Part shown: one piece after another, positions 10,874 to 20,528 of the stretch | Position numbering within the stretch: position 1 is the first letter of the stretch | Layout of the letters: each line of letters starts with the position of its first letter | Assembly (NCBI GenBank): GCA_964577675.1 | Contig: CAZNZQ010000001.1 | Span: forward strand, 5,875-69,874 | DNA from: an uncultured Candidatus Saccharibacteria bacterium | GTDB lineage: Bacteria; Patescibacteriota; Minisyncoccia; Phycocordibacterales; UBA5272 | Direction: 5' to 3' | DNA length: 64,000 bases | Notes under the pieces: generated by a model | The model's input: the letters and a program-made list of their open reading frames with translations, nothing else | Told to the model about the DNA's origin: nothing | Database searches by the model: none | Translations under genes and position numbers: made by a program

Positions 10874-11965
10874 CTAGAAGTTTGCAGTAGCAACGTAAGT
10901 AAGGTTGGCTGCATATGTACCTGCTTCTGTGATAGCAGCGATGTTAGCGAGATAACGTAGAGAAATTGTCGATGTTGGAGTCGACCCTGTTCCTGATGCT
11001 AGTGATGACGGTGTTGAAGACGAAGCATCAAAGCCGTACGACGTAGCCGCTGAGTAAGTCGGATCTAGAGTGACGTTCGTGCCACCAGATTCGGTCGCAC
11101 GTAGTGCAAATTGTTCTGTTCCTGGTGTAGAAGATGCAGCTGTCCCGCCAACCGCTGTAATGGTATTGAGAGAGTTCTGTTGAGAAGTTAATGTATCTCC
11201 GCGCACAGTAACAGCGAAGCCGTATGGCGCATTCGTAGAAACAGCTAACGTATGCGCAATTGTATCTGTAGTATCTCCAGCTGTATTAGTCGATGAAGCG
11301 AATTTAGCAGCGCCAGACCCTAGGTTGCCGAAATAGATAGTAGTAGTAGAGATAGTGAAGGTGAGAGACTGTTGGACGGTGCCAGTCATAGACACTGTAT
11401 CATCTGAGATAATATAGGTGCTTATAGAGCCTGTATCGCCAAAGGTTCCTCCGATTGTTATTTCGTAGAGACCAGGTGTAGCAGGGTTAGTGATCTGCTG
11501 AGCGCCTGTCGCGCCGAAAGTAGCATTTGAGCCAATTTCTATCTGAACACACCTGTTCGCTGGAATAACAGCAGTGCCTGACGTGATAGTGATGGTCTGG
11601 GAAGCCTGAGCGGTTCCCCACGTCTGACCAGATGCTGCACCCGCTTGAAGTGCGGCATCCTGGAAACCAGAACACGTAGCTGAGGTGCTAGTTGCGAAAT
11701 CTAGATTGTTAACACTAAAAGTTCCCATTGCGTATCCGGCTGGGAATGTGATTTGAATGTTCTGTCCCGCACCCACACCAGTAGGAGTTACAAACTGAAT
11801 TGTATGGTTAGAAAGAGTGCTCACCTGAACCGAACTCTGAGTATTGGAAAGGCTAGTAAGAGAAGCAGCAAATGCGAGCTCTATGTGAACCAGAGAAGCT
11901 CCGACACCGATAGCCGCAACAGTAACGGCGCTTACAGCTTTCTTTATAAATGAATTTTTAAGCAT
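10874..11965 (-). CDS. Secreted Thr/Ser/Ala-rich surface or fibre subunit, WxL-like C-terminal domain
   Basis: Signal peptide; ends AGTYAANLTYVATANF; paralog of 12108-13226. Confidence 0.65.
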   Translation of the reverse strand: MLKNSFIKKAVSAVTVAAIGVGASLVHIELAFAASLTSLSNTQSSVQVSTLSNHTIQFVTPTGVGAGQNIQITFPAGYAMGTFSVNNLDFATSTSATCSGFQDAALQAGAASGQTWGTAQASQTITITSGTAVIPANRCVQIEIGSNATFGATGAQQITNPATPGLYEITIGGTFGDTGSISTYIISDDTVSMTGTVQQSLTFTISTTTIYFGNLGSGAAKFASSTNTAGDTTDTIAHTLAVSTNAPYGFAVTVRGDTLTSQQNSLNTITAVGGTAASSTPGTEQFALRATESGGTNVTLDPTYSAATSYGFDASSSTPSSLASGTGSTPTSTISLRYLANIAAITEAGTYAANLTYVATANF

Positions 11966-12107
11966 ATCAATAATTAATTACTAAACTATCTTTTAAGAAT
12001 TTTTTATTCTTATTTTATCTAAGTGTACCATCTGCGTAGAATTTTCCATCGTTTTATGTGGAAAAGCTTGGAAAGTAATAGAAGTTACACACTCAAACAG
12101 CCCACAA

Positions 12108-13226
12108 TTAGTAGTTAGCAGTCGCCACATAGATAAGACTGGCTACGTAGGTACCAGCTTCAGTGGTACCAGCTATATTGGCCACATATCTGAGCGAATA
12201 GGTAGAAGTGTTCGTTGACCCGCTTCCTGTTGCTAGAGTTGCCGGGGTTGTGGATGAGGCATCAAACCCGTATGATGTTGCAGCAGAAAACGTAGCATCG
12301 ACAGTAGCGCCTGTTCCTCCTGATACGGTAGCCCTGATTCCGAACTGCTCAGTGGCAATAGTAGAGGAAGCAGCTGTTGCCCCCATGGCAGTAATAGTAT
12401 TGAGTGCACTTTGCTGAGAAGTAAGCGTATCTCCTCGTATTGTTATGTTGTACCCAGAAGGCGCGTTAGTTGATATAGCTAAAGTATGCGCAATTGTTTC
12501 TGTTGTATCTCCTGCAGTATTAGTTGATGAGGCAAACTTAGCTGCACCAGACCCTAGGTTACCAAAATAGATAGTAGTAGTAGAGATAGTGAAGGTGAGA
12601 GATTGTTGGACGGTCGCACTGACGATAACAGTATCGTTAGTGATAATATTCTGTGTAATTGTTCCATCGTCTGCTCCGGCTCTAATTGTGAGTGCATAAG
12701 AACCAGGAGATGCTGGGTTAGTTATCTGCGAGACCCCAGTTGCGCCTGACGTTGCATTGGCTCCGATCTGAACTTGTACACAACGGTTGGCTGGAATGGT
12801 GGCTGTACCAGAAGTAAGGTACACAGTTGCAGTTGCTTGTGTTACTCCCCATGTGTTTCCAGAAGCTGCACCAGACTGGATAGCTGCGTCTTGGAAAGTA
12901 ACACATGACGCTGAAGTACTAGTTGCCAGATCAAAGTTAGCTATTGCAAAAGTACCCGTTGCGTAACCAGAAGGAAAGGTGATGCTAATTCCCTGCCCCG
13001 CAGAAAGCCCTGTTGGTGTAACAAATTGAATTGTGTGATCAGACAGCGTACTTACTTTGAGTGAGCTTTGAGTGTCTGAGAGACTTGAGAGGGCTGCAGC
13101 ATGAGCTAGCTCAACATGCACAATAGAGACACCTAAAACGATTGAAATAATTGTGACAAACGAAAGCGTCCTATTTAAAAAGCTGCTACCAATCCGTATT
13201 CTGGAAAAAAGACTGCTGAGTACCAT
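12108..13226 (-). CDS. Secreted surface or fibre subunit paralog, WxL-like C-terminal domain
   Basis: Signal peptide; ends AGTYVASLIYVATANY; long identical stretches shared with 10874-11965. Confidence 0.65.
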   Translation of the reverse strand: MVLSSLFSRIRIGSSFLNRTLSFVTIISIVLGVSIVHVELAHAAALSSLSDTQSSLKVSTLSDHTIQFVTPTGLSAGQGISITFPSGYATGTFAIANFDLATSTSASCVTFQDAAIQSGAASGNTWGVTQATATVYLTSGTATIPANRCVQVQIGANATSGATGVSQITNPASPGSYALTIRAGADDGTITQNIITNDTVIVSATVQQSLTFTISTTTIYFGNLGSGAAKFASSTNTAGDTTETIAHTLAISTNAPSGYNITIRGDTLTSQQSALNTITAMGATAASSTIATEQFGIRATVSGGTGATVDATFSAATSYGFDASSTTPATLATGSGSTNTSTYSLRYVANIAGTTEAGTYVASLIYVATANY

Positions 13227-13274
13227 AGACCTTTATAGAATATCATAGAAGAAACTGCTTAGTAAGTGGGCTAC

Positions 13275-16200
13275 TTAAAAATTAGCCGTAGCTACATATA
13301 CTAGACTGGTACTGTAATCTGCGGGCGGAGTTGTAGCAGCTACATTAAGAAGATATCTAAGCGAAAAAGTGGTCGTCGCACTGTCGCCAACCGTAGAAGA
13401 AGCCACTTGCACCGCAGTAGATGTAGAAGCACCGAATGCGTAGAGAGCCGATGCGTAAGGAGAATTAACGCCACCAGAACCACCTGATGCTGTAGCTCGT
13501 ATACCGAACTGTTCAGTCCCTGGATTGGAAGTCGAGCTTGTGCCACCTAATCCAGCTATGGTCGTTGTCCCTGCTGAAAGACTTCCACCCTGGAGGGTGA
13601 TAGAATACCCGTTTGTAGCGCTTGTTAAGACAGAGACGGTGTGCGCCACGACTTCTGTGTTACTTCCGCCTGTACTTGTACTCGACGCATATCTCGCCTG
13701 CGCAGGAGAGGCTACACCAAAGTAAACGCTTGATGTTGATATGCTAAACGTAATCGCCTGCGAAGATGACGCACTACTGCGCTCCTCCCACTCTACGAGC
13801 AACCTGTACCGGACCAGGGCATCGCCGCGAGCCTGTTCGTTATAGAGAGCAAAACCTTCTCCTTCTTTGAGAATAAGTTCGTCTCCATAATAGATGTCAC
13901 TTTCATAGTTACCAAAGGGTTGGTTGACCACGCCCGGCACAGTAATACCAAGAAGTCGTGATTCGGCAGCCTGCGCAAGCGTTACCGTGACACCTGTGGT
14001 ACGTATATCTGATGTGGTCGTTGCCGTGCCTGAATGTTTTCTAGGGATACTCGTAGAAGCGACAGAAGTCCCAGCTGAGACTGCGCTTATTTTTCTAACG
14101 GCCGCTGAACCGTAGACTGGCGCAACCGCTGTACCACTACGATTAACCCTGATGCCTAACTTCTTCACCAAAAAGTTTTTACCTGAACCAGACGGGTTAA
14201 AGAATGACGTATAGACATACCCATTTGCAGTAGACTGATTGACTGGACCAGATGTGTACAGATACTCTCCTTGAGAAGATGGAGTTACAGATTCCTCGTC
14301 CCATTCAATAAGAACTTTTACCCTAAAATCAGCATCCCCAGCTGCAGTATCATGATAAAAACCAACACCTTCACCTGCTTGTAAAATTAAAGGTTCCTTA
14401 TTGCTAAATTCTATTTCTTTATACCCAGTATTGCCAGCTGCAGCACTGGCTACTGCCCCTGGTGTCTGTATCGCGAGAAGCTTAGAATCGGTTGTCCCGG
14501 AATATGTAGCCGTAACACCAGTTCGACGTATTTCTACAATACTATTTGCAGTTCCAGAATGTTTTTTAGGTATGTTTGCTGCAGTAATTTGTGTCCCTGC
14601 TGACGCAGCAGAGATACGCCGTAGCTGCATTGGAATATAGACCGCCGCTGCAGCAGTGTCTACTCTTATACTTACCCTCCTAATAATTGCAGTCTTACCA
14701 GAGCCAGCTGGGTTAAAAAATGTCGCATAGTTATATGAGGTCGCAGCACTTCCGTTAATAGGTCCTATATCTATAAGGTACTCTCCTTGGGATGTGGGCG
14801 CAGAAGCTTCTTCATCCCACTCGATCTGAATCTTTACATAATTATCAACATCCCCTGTTGCTAAGTTATAGAGCCCTATTCCTTCCCCTGGTTGTAGTAC
14901 TATCTTCTCATTCTCACCAAGAACAATTTCTCTCTCTCCTATGGTCTGCCCTACAGCACCTGGGGAGTTAACGGTTAGAAAGTTAGAGTCTGTTGTTCCG
15001 AAGTAAGTAGCAGTAATGGCAGAAGCACACGCAAGTCCACACCACCTCATTTCCATTACACTATTTGCTGTCCCGGTATGCTTCTTCGGTAGAGCACCAG
15101 CTGCTACGAGTGTACCCCCCGACGCTACGGTCATCCTCCTAAAAGCGTACCCAACATACACTGCGGTAGTATCTGCATTTATCTTCACCAAGAGCCTCTT
15201 AACAACCGCGGTCTTACCTGAACCAACTGGATTAAAGAACGAGTAGTGGGTTGTGTTAGCTGCGGGTGACGCTTCTACGCGTGATGACGCCCATATATAC
15301 TCGCCCTGCGACGAAGGCGTATTACTTGTATCAACTTCTTGCCACTCTATAATCATACGAACAATTTGATCGATGTCACCAGCCGTCTCTGAAATAAGGG
15401 CTATTCCTTCACCGGCCTGTAATATAAGTTTTTCATCACTCTCATGAAAGTCCATTTGTTGCCAGCCTATTGCCTGTCCTGTTGTGCCACATGGAGTAAC
15501 ATTACCGATACGCGCATCAATACCACCGGCAGTCGTAGTAGAGACAGTAACCCCTGTGCGCCTAAACTCCATTTTAGTATCAGTACCGCTTGTGTTTTTC
15601 TTTGGAATACTAGACGTAGCGATAGACGTCCCACCGGTTGCTGATGATGTTCTCTGCAAAATAATGTTATTGGTATAGATGGCGGCTGCGTCACATGTCT
15701 CTGTCCCGAACCAAACACGCTTCACAACTGCTGTCTTACCGGACGCAGATGGGTTAAAAAAGGAATTGTAAGTGTACCCTGCGGTTGCCGCCACTTCAAC
15801 ACGAGGAAAAGCAAAGAGAAACTCGTTTTGCGGAGAAGGAGCATTCACTGTTTCCTCCCACTCTATAAGTACACGGACGCGAGCTGTAACTGTGCCAGCA
15901 GCTTCTTGATAAACTGCGACACCTTCCCCTGGCTGAACCACAATTCGCTCATCACTTTCCCCAAACGTAATATCACGCCCTGGGTAATACGCTCCAACAG
16001 CACCAGAAAGAGGTCGCCCTAAAATTCTGGAATCTGTTGTTCCTGAAAGAGACACTGTAGGGCCAGCTGTTCGAACCTCGATAACAGAATCAGTTGAACT
16101 AGAGTTTTTATCTACATAATCTGTCGCTATAATTTGCGTACCAGCTGAGGATGTAGAAATCCTGCGCAAGCTTAAGTTAACATAGTTTGAAGCAGTAGAG

Positions 16201-16553
16201 GAGGCGGTGTTTGCTCGTATGGCCACTCTCTTAATAGAAGCAGTACGCCCAGAAGCAGATGGGTTAAAAAAAGCTACATATACATAGTTCGCCCCAGTGG
16301 AACCGTTCACAGGCCCGATATCTAACATATATTCTCTTTCTCCTGGGTTTAGTGCAGCCTGTGCCTTGGGCACTGAAAAGTAATTATCAACAACATTTTT
16401 GTTAAGCGAAGCTAAGTAGAGTTTGTCCACTATTTGAGAATTTTTATGCTCTTTTACTATATATTGAGAAGCGTAAAAAAGAGCCACTGGATCAAAACCA
16501 GAGAAGAACAGGTATACAATAAGAAAGAGTGAGAATATTTTCTTAATCAGCAT
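13275..16553 (-). CDS. Large secreted adhesin-like protein: five ~170-aa repeats plus the same C-terminal YVATANF domain
   Basis: Five FFNPx[AG]SG[KR]...GEG...[EQ]W repeats; ends ADYSTSLVYVATANF. Confidence 0.7.
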   Translation of the reverse strand: MLIKKIFSLFLIVYLFFSGFDPVALFYASQYIVKEHKNSQIVDKLYLASLNKNVVDNYFSVPKAQAALNPGEREYMLDIGPVNGSTGANYVYVAFFNPSASGRTASIKRVAIRANTASSTASNYVNLSLRRISTSSAGTQIIATDYVDKNSSSTDSVIEVRTAGPTVSLSGTTDSRILGRPLSGAVGAYYPGRDITFGESDERIVVQPGEGVAVYQEAAGTVTARVRVLIEWEETVNAPSPQNEFLFAFPRVEVAATAGYTYNSFFNPSASGKTAVVKRVWFGTETCDAAAIYTNNIILQRTSSATGGTSIATSSIPKKNTSGTDTKMEFRRTGVTVSTTTAGGIDARIGNVTPCGTTGQAIGWQQMDFHESDEKLILQAGEGIALISETAGDIDQIVRMIIEWQEVDTSNTPSSQGEYIWASSRVEASPAANTTHYSFFNPVGSGKTAVVKRLLVKINADTTAVYVGYAFRRMTVASGGTLVAAGALPKKHTGTANSVMEMRWCGLACASAITATYFGTTDSNFLTVNSPGAVGQTIGEREIVLGENEKIVLQPGEGIGLYNLATGDVDNYVKIQIEWDEEASAPTSQGEYLIDIGPINGSAATSYNYATFFNPAGSGKTAIIRRVSIRVDTAAAAVYIPMQLRRISAASAGTQITAANIPKKHSGTANSIVEIRRTGVTATYSGTTDSKLLAIQTPGAVASAAAGNTGYKEIEFSNKEPLILQAGEGVGFYHDTAAGDADFRVKVLIEWDEESVTPSSQGEYLYTSGPVNQSTANGYVYTSFFNPSGSGKNFLVKKLGIRVNRSGTAVAPVYGSAAVRKISAVSAGTSVASTSIPRKHSGTATTTSDIRTTGVTVTLAQAAESRLLGITVPGVVNQPFGNYESDIYYGDELILKEGEGFALYNEQARGDALVRYRLLVEWEERSSASSSQAITFSISTSSVYFGVASPAQARYASSTSTGGSNTEVVAHTVSVLTSATNGYSITLQGGSLSAGTTTIAGLGGTSSTSNPGTEQFGIRATASGGSGGVNSPYASALYAFGASTSTAVQVASSTVGDSATTTFSLRYLLNVAATTPPADYSTSLVYVATANF

Positions 16554-17532
16554 AACTTATATAAGAATAGACATCTTCGCTAATTTCTTTGAAAATCTCC
16601 TTAATTGCAAATTGATTAAGTTCTCCTGGCTTATTTTGTGCTATCATCACAGTTAGTATGTACGGCCTCCCCGGCACATAAACAATCCCAGAGTCCGCCA
16701 TGACCTTCTCGTCTATCCTGATACCAGTCTTGTGTACGAAAGCTATGTCACTAGGTAACCCAAGAGAAAGATATTCTTTTGGCGCTCGACTCAAGATATC
16801 CAAAAATAACTTAGAGTTCTCGTGTGTAAAGTATGTTGAGTTATAAAGAGATCTAAAAAAGATAGAGTAACGCTTCGCGGTGATTCTGTTGTCTACATCT
16901 GAGTCTTTTTTATTATCGCGTTTAAGTGTATCTATAACGTCGTCCATTCCAAGGTGAACAAACACCTCTTCGAGCTCTTCCCCTTCTAAGTTGCGAAGAA
17001 GGATGAAGTGGGCGGTGTTGTCAGAGTTAATTAACGACTCTTCCAAAAGTCGCTTAATCGACATAGATGTACCTGTTGGAAGTTTATACATTTCACCAAA
17101 CTCACTATCTTTATCTTGATCCAAGATGACGAGCTCGTTATGTAACTTCCACTTCCCTTCCTCCACCTTTTTTAGTGCTGCCATGGCAACAGGTATCTTG
17201 ATGAGACTGGCTGGCCATATCTTCTCATCTTTATTAACAGCAATGTTAGCCCCTGTAGGTAAATACTCAAAATAAATTGATATCGTATAATCCCCTTTCC
17301 CTTCATACCCCTGCAGCTTCTCTCTCAATTCTTGAAAATCAACTATTAGATTCCTTTTGTCTAGGACAGCAAGCGACGGGTTAAGGTAACTAGAAACATC
17401 ATTTGCAGTAAAGCGGGCGTCGCCTCTAGTTAACAGGAGAATAAAAACTGTGCAAAGCAGTACTCCAATAATTACAACATATGCTTTGTTGGTATAAAAA
17501 TTGTGTAGAGCTTTTGTAATTATTTTTTTCAT
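16543..17532 (-). CDS. Class A beta-lactamase-like serine hydrolase, membrane-anchored
   Basis: ASLIK (SxxK), SDN and HKTG motifs; N-terminal TM. Confidence 0.85.
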   Translation of the reverse strand: MKKIITKALHNFYTNKAYVVIIGVLLCTVFILLLTRGDARFTANDVSSYLNPSLAVLDKRNLIVDFQELREKLQGYEGKGDYTISIYFEYLPTGANIAVNKDEKIWPASLIKIPVAMAALKKVEEGKWKLHNELVILDQDKDSEFGEMYKLPTGTSMSIKRLLEESLINSDNTAHFILLRNLEGEELEEVFVHLGMDDVIDTLKRDNKKDSDVDNRITAKRYSIFFRSLYNSTYFTHENSKLFLDILSRAPKEYLSLGLPSDIAFVHKTGIRIDEKVMADSGIVYVPGRPYILTVMIAQNKPGELNQFAIKEIFKEISEDVYSYISYAD

Positions 17533-17537
17533 ATATA

Positions 17538-20057
17538 TTATTCTTCGGTTGTAGTTGCGGTAACCGGCAAGTTGAGGCTGCTGATAGTATCTTTATCTAG
17601 AATACTATCTAGTTCAAACTTTCGCCTAAGAGCTTCTGATAGGCTGCCGTCATCGTCAGAGAATACCTCTCCTGTTTGTTCACTATAAAATGCAAAGTCC
17701 TGCGCTCCAACTATAACTTCCCATCGAACACCGTCAAAGACAACACGGCCTCTTTCTCCAATTGATGTGTCATGTGCCGGAACCTCTCTCACTTGAATAG
17801 ATTTGTCGGTCAAATTAAAAGCATACACTCTTGACCTATCTTCAGAGAGCCAAAATAAGTGCGTATCCTTAATTCCAATCTGCATATTTTTATCTATTGT
17901 AATAGATGTTGAGGATCCAGCTTCTATCTTATACTCCCCTCCATTCTGGAGATCATACAACCACAACTCTTCCTTGCCATCTTTCTCCACCTGAACAATG
18001 ACAGCATTAAGGAGTGCGCCTCTAATTCTTTTAATCAAGTCTTTTGCAAAATCAGGCAAGCGATCCTCTTTCGTTTCTTCTGTCTTATCTTCCTTCTCTT
18101 CTTTTTTTATTTCTTGGACGATTTCGCGAGGAGAAAGTAAGGACCATGATTCTTTCTTCTCCAGCTTAAACCACTTATTCTTCGGTGTAACTGGAATGAT
18201 CACTGTGCTGCTTGTTGCAGTAGAAGTAGCTGTGATATCTGTACTCGCGGCAACTGAGCTTGTAGCTACTTCTGTCGTTGAAGTTGCGGTTACTAACGAG
18301 GATACCTCTTCTGTGGAGGTAGCCAAACTATTAGTTGTTGTCGCTACAGTTGTACTTGCGATATCTAAGGTACTGGTTGCTTGCGACACCTCTTCCTCAA
18401 GATACATATACCATATCTCTTCTTCATTGGTTTCGTTATTGATAATAGTTACTAGTCGCACACCATCAATCATCTCATCGTTAAGTATCGTATCTCTCGT
18501 AAAGTCTGGATGAGTATACTCTAGAGTAGAATCGTAAAGCACTTCTACCTTAACTGCATCGAGATATGTCACAGGCGTCTCACGTTCTAGGCTTTTAACA
18601 GTTACTTTTACTTGTAGCTGAGTCATATCTGCCCAGGTAGACGAGGCAGAAAGCGGGATTTCGAATGTTCTATATTTCATAGAGATCTCGTTGAGTTCAC
18701 CAAGAGAAGTCCAAGTAACTCCATCGAATGTGTACAGTATTTCTAAGAAGTTATTCTGTGACTCTTCTGGCGCTTGAGACAATAGCTCAGATGATGTTGA
18801 AACCATTTCTGTGGTTGATGCTAGACTTGAACTAGCTATAGAGAAGAGGTCGTCTGTGGAGGAAGCCGTTGTTGTGGCTGACAAAGAAACAATACTAGAG
18901 GTAGAGTTCTCCGGTGAAGCTTGTGACGAAGTGGATACAACCAAGGAGAGACCTTCGTCTGCCGTTTGAGTTACAGGCGTAGCTGTTTGTTCCTCTGTTC
19001 CTGGCTCGTCTATCTCTTGCGTCTCACTAGAGATTGAAGTAGTAAAAGATTCTTCGGGTGTAATGGCTACGAGCGGAGCCTCTTCCTCCATAGCCTGAAC
19101 AGGAGTGGCTACCTCCTCACTGCTCTCCTGCGCGAAAACAGTGGTAATAAAAAGTGAACCGATTCCCTGAAGAAGGTCCCGCATAAAAGATGTAGGGGCT
19201 TCAGGTGGTACTGAACTATCTCCTGCGGGCGTGACCTCTGCAGGGATTGACACTTCTTGGGATGCTGGCATGGTTTCTATCACAGGCGGTGGCACTACTA
19301 CCGTGTCTGTAACACTCTCAGACGGTGAGTTGTTAAAAATATTCCCCAGCGTTTCAGTTACCGCTCCTACAATAATCTCCGCGAATGATTGATTATCGTT
19401 TACTGATTGTGTGGTCGAAGCCTCAAGTGCCTCATTGGCAGTTTGAACAGGCGGAGATGAGGAGGCGGATGTTGAAGTTGACACAGTCTCTGTAGAGGAA
19501 GCTGAGAGTAATTCTTCAGAAGTTGAGGATGTTATCAGGGTTGTACTTGCGACAGCATTTATTACCTCAGTTGTTGTAGCTAGTTCACCAATAGTAATTT
19601 CTTCTTTATTAGTTATCGCAAGAGAAACAATTATCTTCTTAGGGACAGTTGCGTCATTAAATGTACCGTCGAAATTACCGCAATAGATATCAGCTGCTGT
19701 ATTCTTGTCTAGAATGGCTGAGTTCTTGTCGTTAAATTGTGAAGGGTCTGCATTAGATGTTGTCTCTCCTTCTTTCTCTGCATTACGAGGGTTGCTCCAA
19801 CCACCTAAACACGTCTCTGGATAAAAAGTTACAATATCAGCCTTACCACGTGGTGAGATAAAGCTGCCAACCACAAGAACAAGGACAAGCGAAGACAGTG
19901 CCATCATCATGTGCTTCTTCTGAAGAGCTCTATCGACTTGCTCTGAATACGAGAAGACCAAGTCATTCAGCGACTTGCTAACATTGTCGATATGAGACCC
20001 GACTTCGGGAAAATTCTTAGAAATGATTCTTGGTTTTCTTAGTTGGAATTTGCCCAT
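17538..20057 (-). CDS. Large acidic Ser/Thr-rich extracytoplasmic protein
   Basis: 839-aa ORF with N-terminal TM, two low-complexity S/T/E linkers and globular segments. Confidence 0.7.
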   Translation of the reverse strand: MGKFQLRKPRIISKNFPEVGSHIDNVSKSLNDLVFSYSEQVDRALQKKHMMMALSSLVLVLVVGSFISPRGKADIVTFYPETCLGGWSNPRNAEKEGETTSNADPSQFNDKNSAILDKNTAADIYCGNFDGTFNDATVPKKIIVSLAITNKEEITIGELATTTEVINAVASTTLITSSTSEELLSASSTETVSTSTSASSSPPVQTANEALEASTTQSVNDNQSFAEIIVGAVTETLGNIFNNSPSESVTDTVVVPPPVIETMPASQEVSIPAEVTPAGDSSVPPEAPTSFMRDLLQGIGSLFITTVFAQESSEEVATPVQAMEEEAPLVAITPEESFTTSISSETQEIDEPGTEEQTATPVTQTADEGLSLVVSTSSQASPENSTSSIVSLSATTTASSTDDLFSIASSSLASTTEMVSTSSELLSQAPEESQNNFLEILYTFDGVTWTSLGELNEISMKYRTFEIPLSASSTWADMTQLQVKVTVKSLERETPVTYLDAVKVEVLYDSTLEYTHPDFTRDTILNDEMIDGVRLVTIINNETNEEEIWYMYLEEEVSQATSTLDIASTTVATTTNSLATSTEEVSSLVTATSTTEVATSSVAASTDITATSTATSSTVIIPVTPKNKWFKLEKKESWSLLSPREIVQEIKKEEKEDKTEETKEDRLPDFAKDLIKRIRGALLNAVIVQVEKDGKEELWLYDLQNGGEYKIEAGSSTSITIDKNMQIGIKDTHLFWLSEDRSRVYAFNLTDKSIQVREVPAHDTSIGERGRVVFDGVRWEVIVGAQDFAFYSEQTGEVFSDDDGSLSEALRRKFELDSILDKDTISSLNLPVTATTTEE

Positions 20058-20130
20058 AGTACTTCTTTAGTATAGCAACGAAAAGTACTTAAAAATGAAG
20101 GGCAATCCACACAAAAGACTTTTACTACTT

Positions 20131-20232
20131 CTAAACTTCAAGAATCTCGCCAGACTGGTGTGCCCATAACTTAGCGTATAGCCCTTCCTGTTTGATGAGG
20201 TCTTCATGTGTACCATCTTGCACAATCTTTCC
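20131..20232 (-). pseudogene. C-terminal remnant of an ABC exporter ATPase
   Basis: GKIVQDGTHEDLIKQEGLYAKLWAHQ is a typical ABC exporter C-terminus. No Walker motifs upstream. Confidence 0.7.
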
Positions 20233-20528
20233 CTTGGTTTCCTTTCTCGAAAGATTTGACTTATCGGCGCGCAATGCGCCGATTTTTATTTTCAAAAACG
20301 GGGTCAGGCATCGTTTTAGAACCTGACTCAACTTGGCTGCGATGTAAGGTCTAGTACGTACTGTGTACGTGTGTGTAAGGGGATTTGGGCTAGTTCGAAT
20401 CTCAAACCCTAAGGGGTTTAGGTCGTTATTTACAGTTTATGAAATACCGTATTTGCTGTGATTTTACTGTGATTTCCGTTAATGAATCTGATATTAAAAA
20501 AGCCACAAGTTTTGTATACTTGTGGCAT

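Noticed and set aside
11313-12614. Diversity-generating retroelement TR/VR pair
   Set aside because: Both copies are coding, differences are synonymous and not adenine-specific, and no reverse transcriptase is present.
13275-16553. Repeated GSGKT read as Walker A P-loops
   Set aside because: The context is NPxxSGK in a secreted beta-rich repeat, lacking the first Gly of GxxxxGK and any Walker B.
16543-17532. Bona fide antibiotic resistance gene
   Set aside because: Membrane-anchored, no clear omega-loop Glu motif and no mobile context; function cannot be assigned from sequence.
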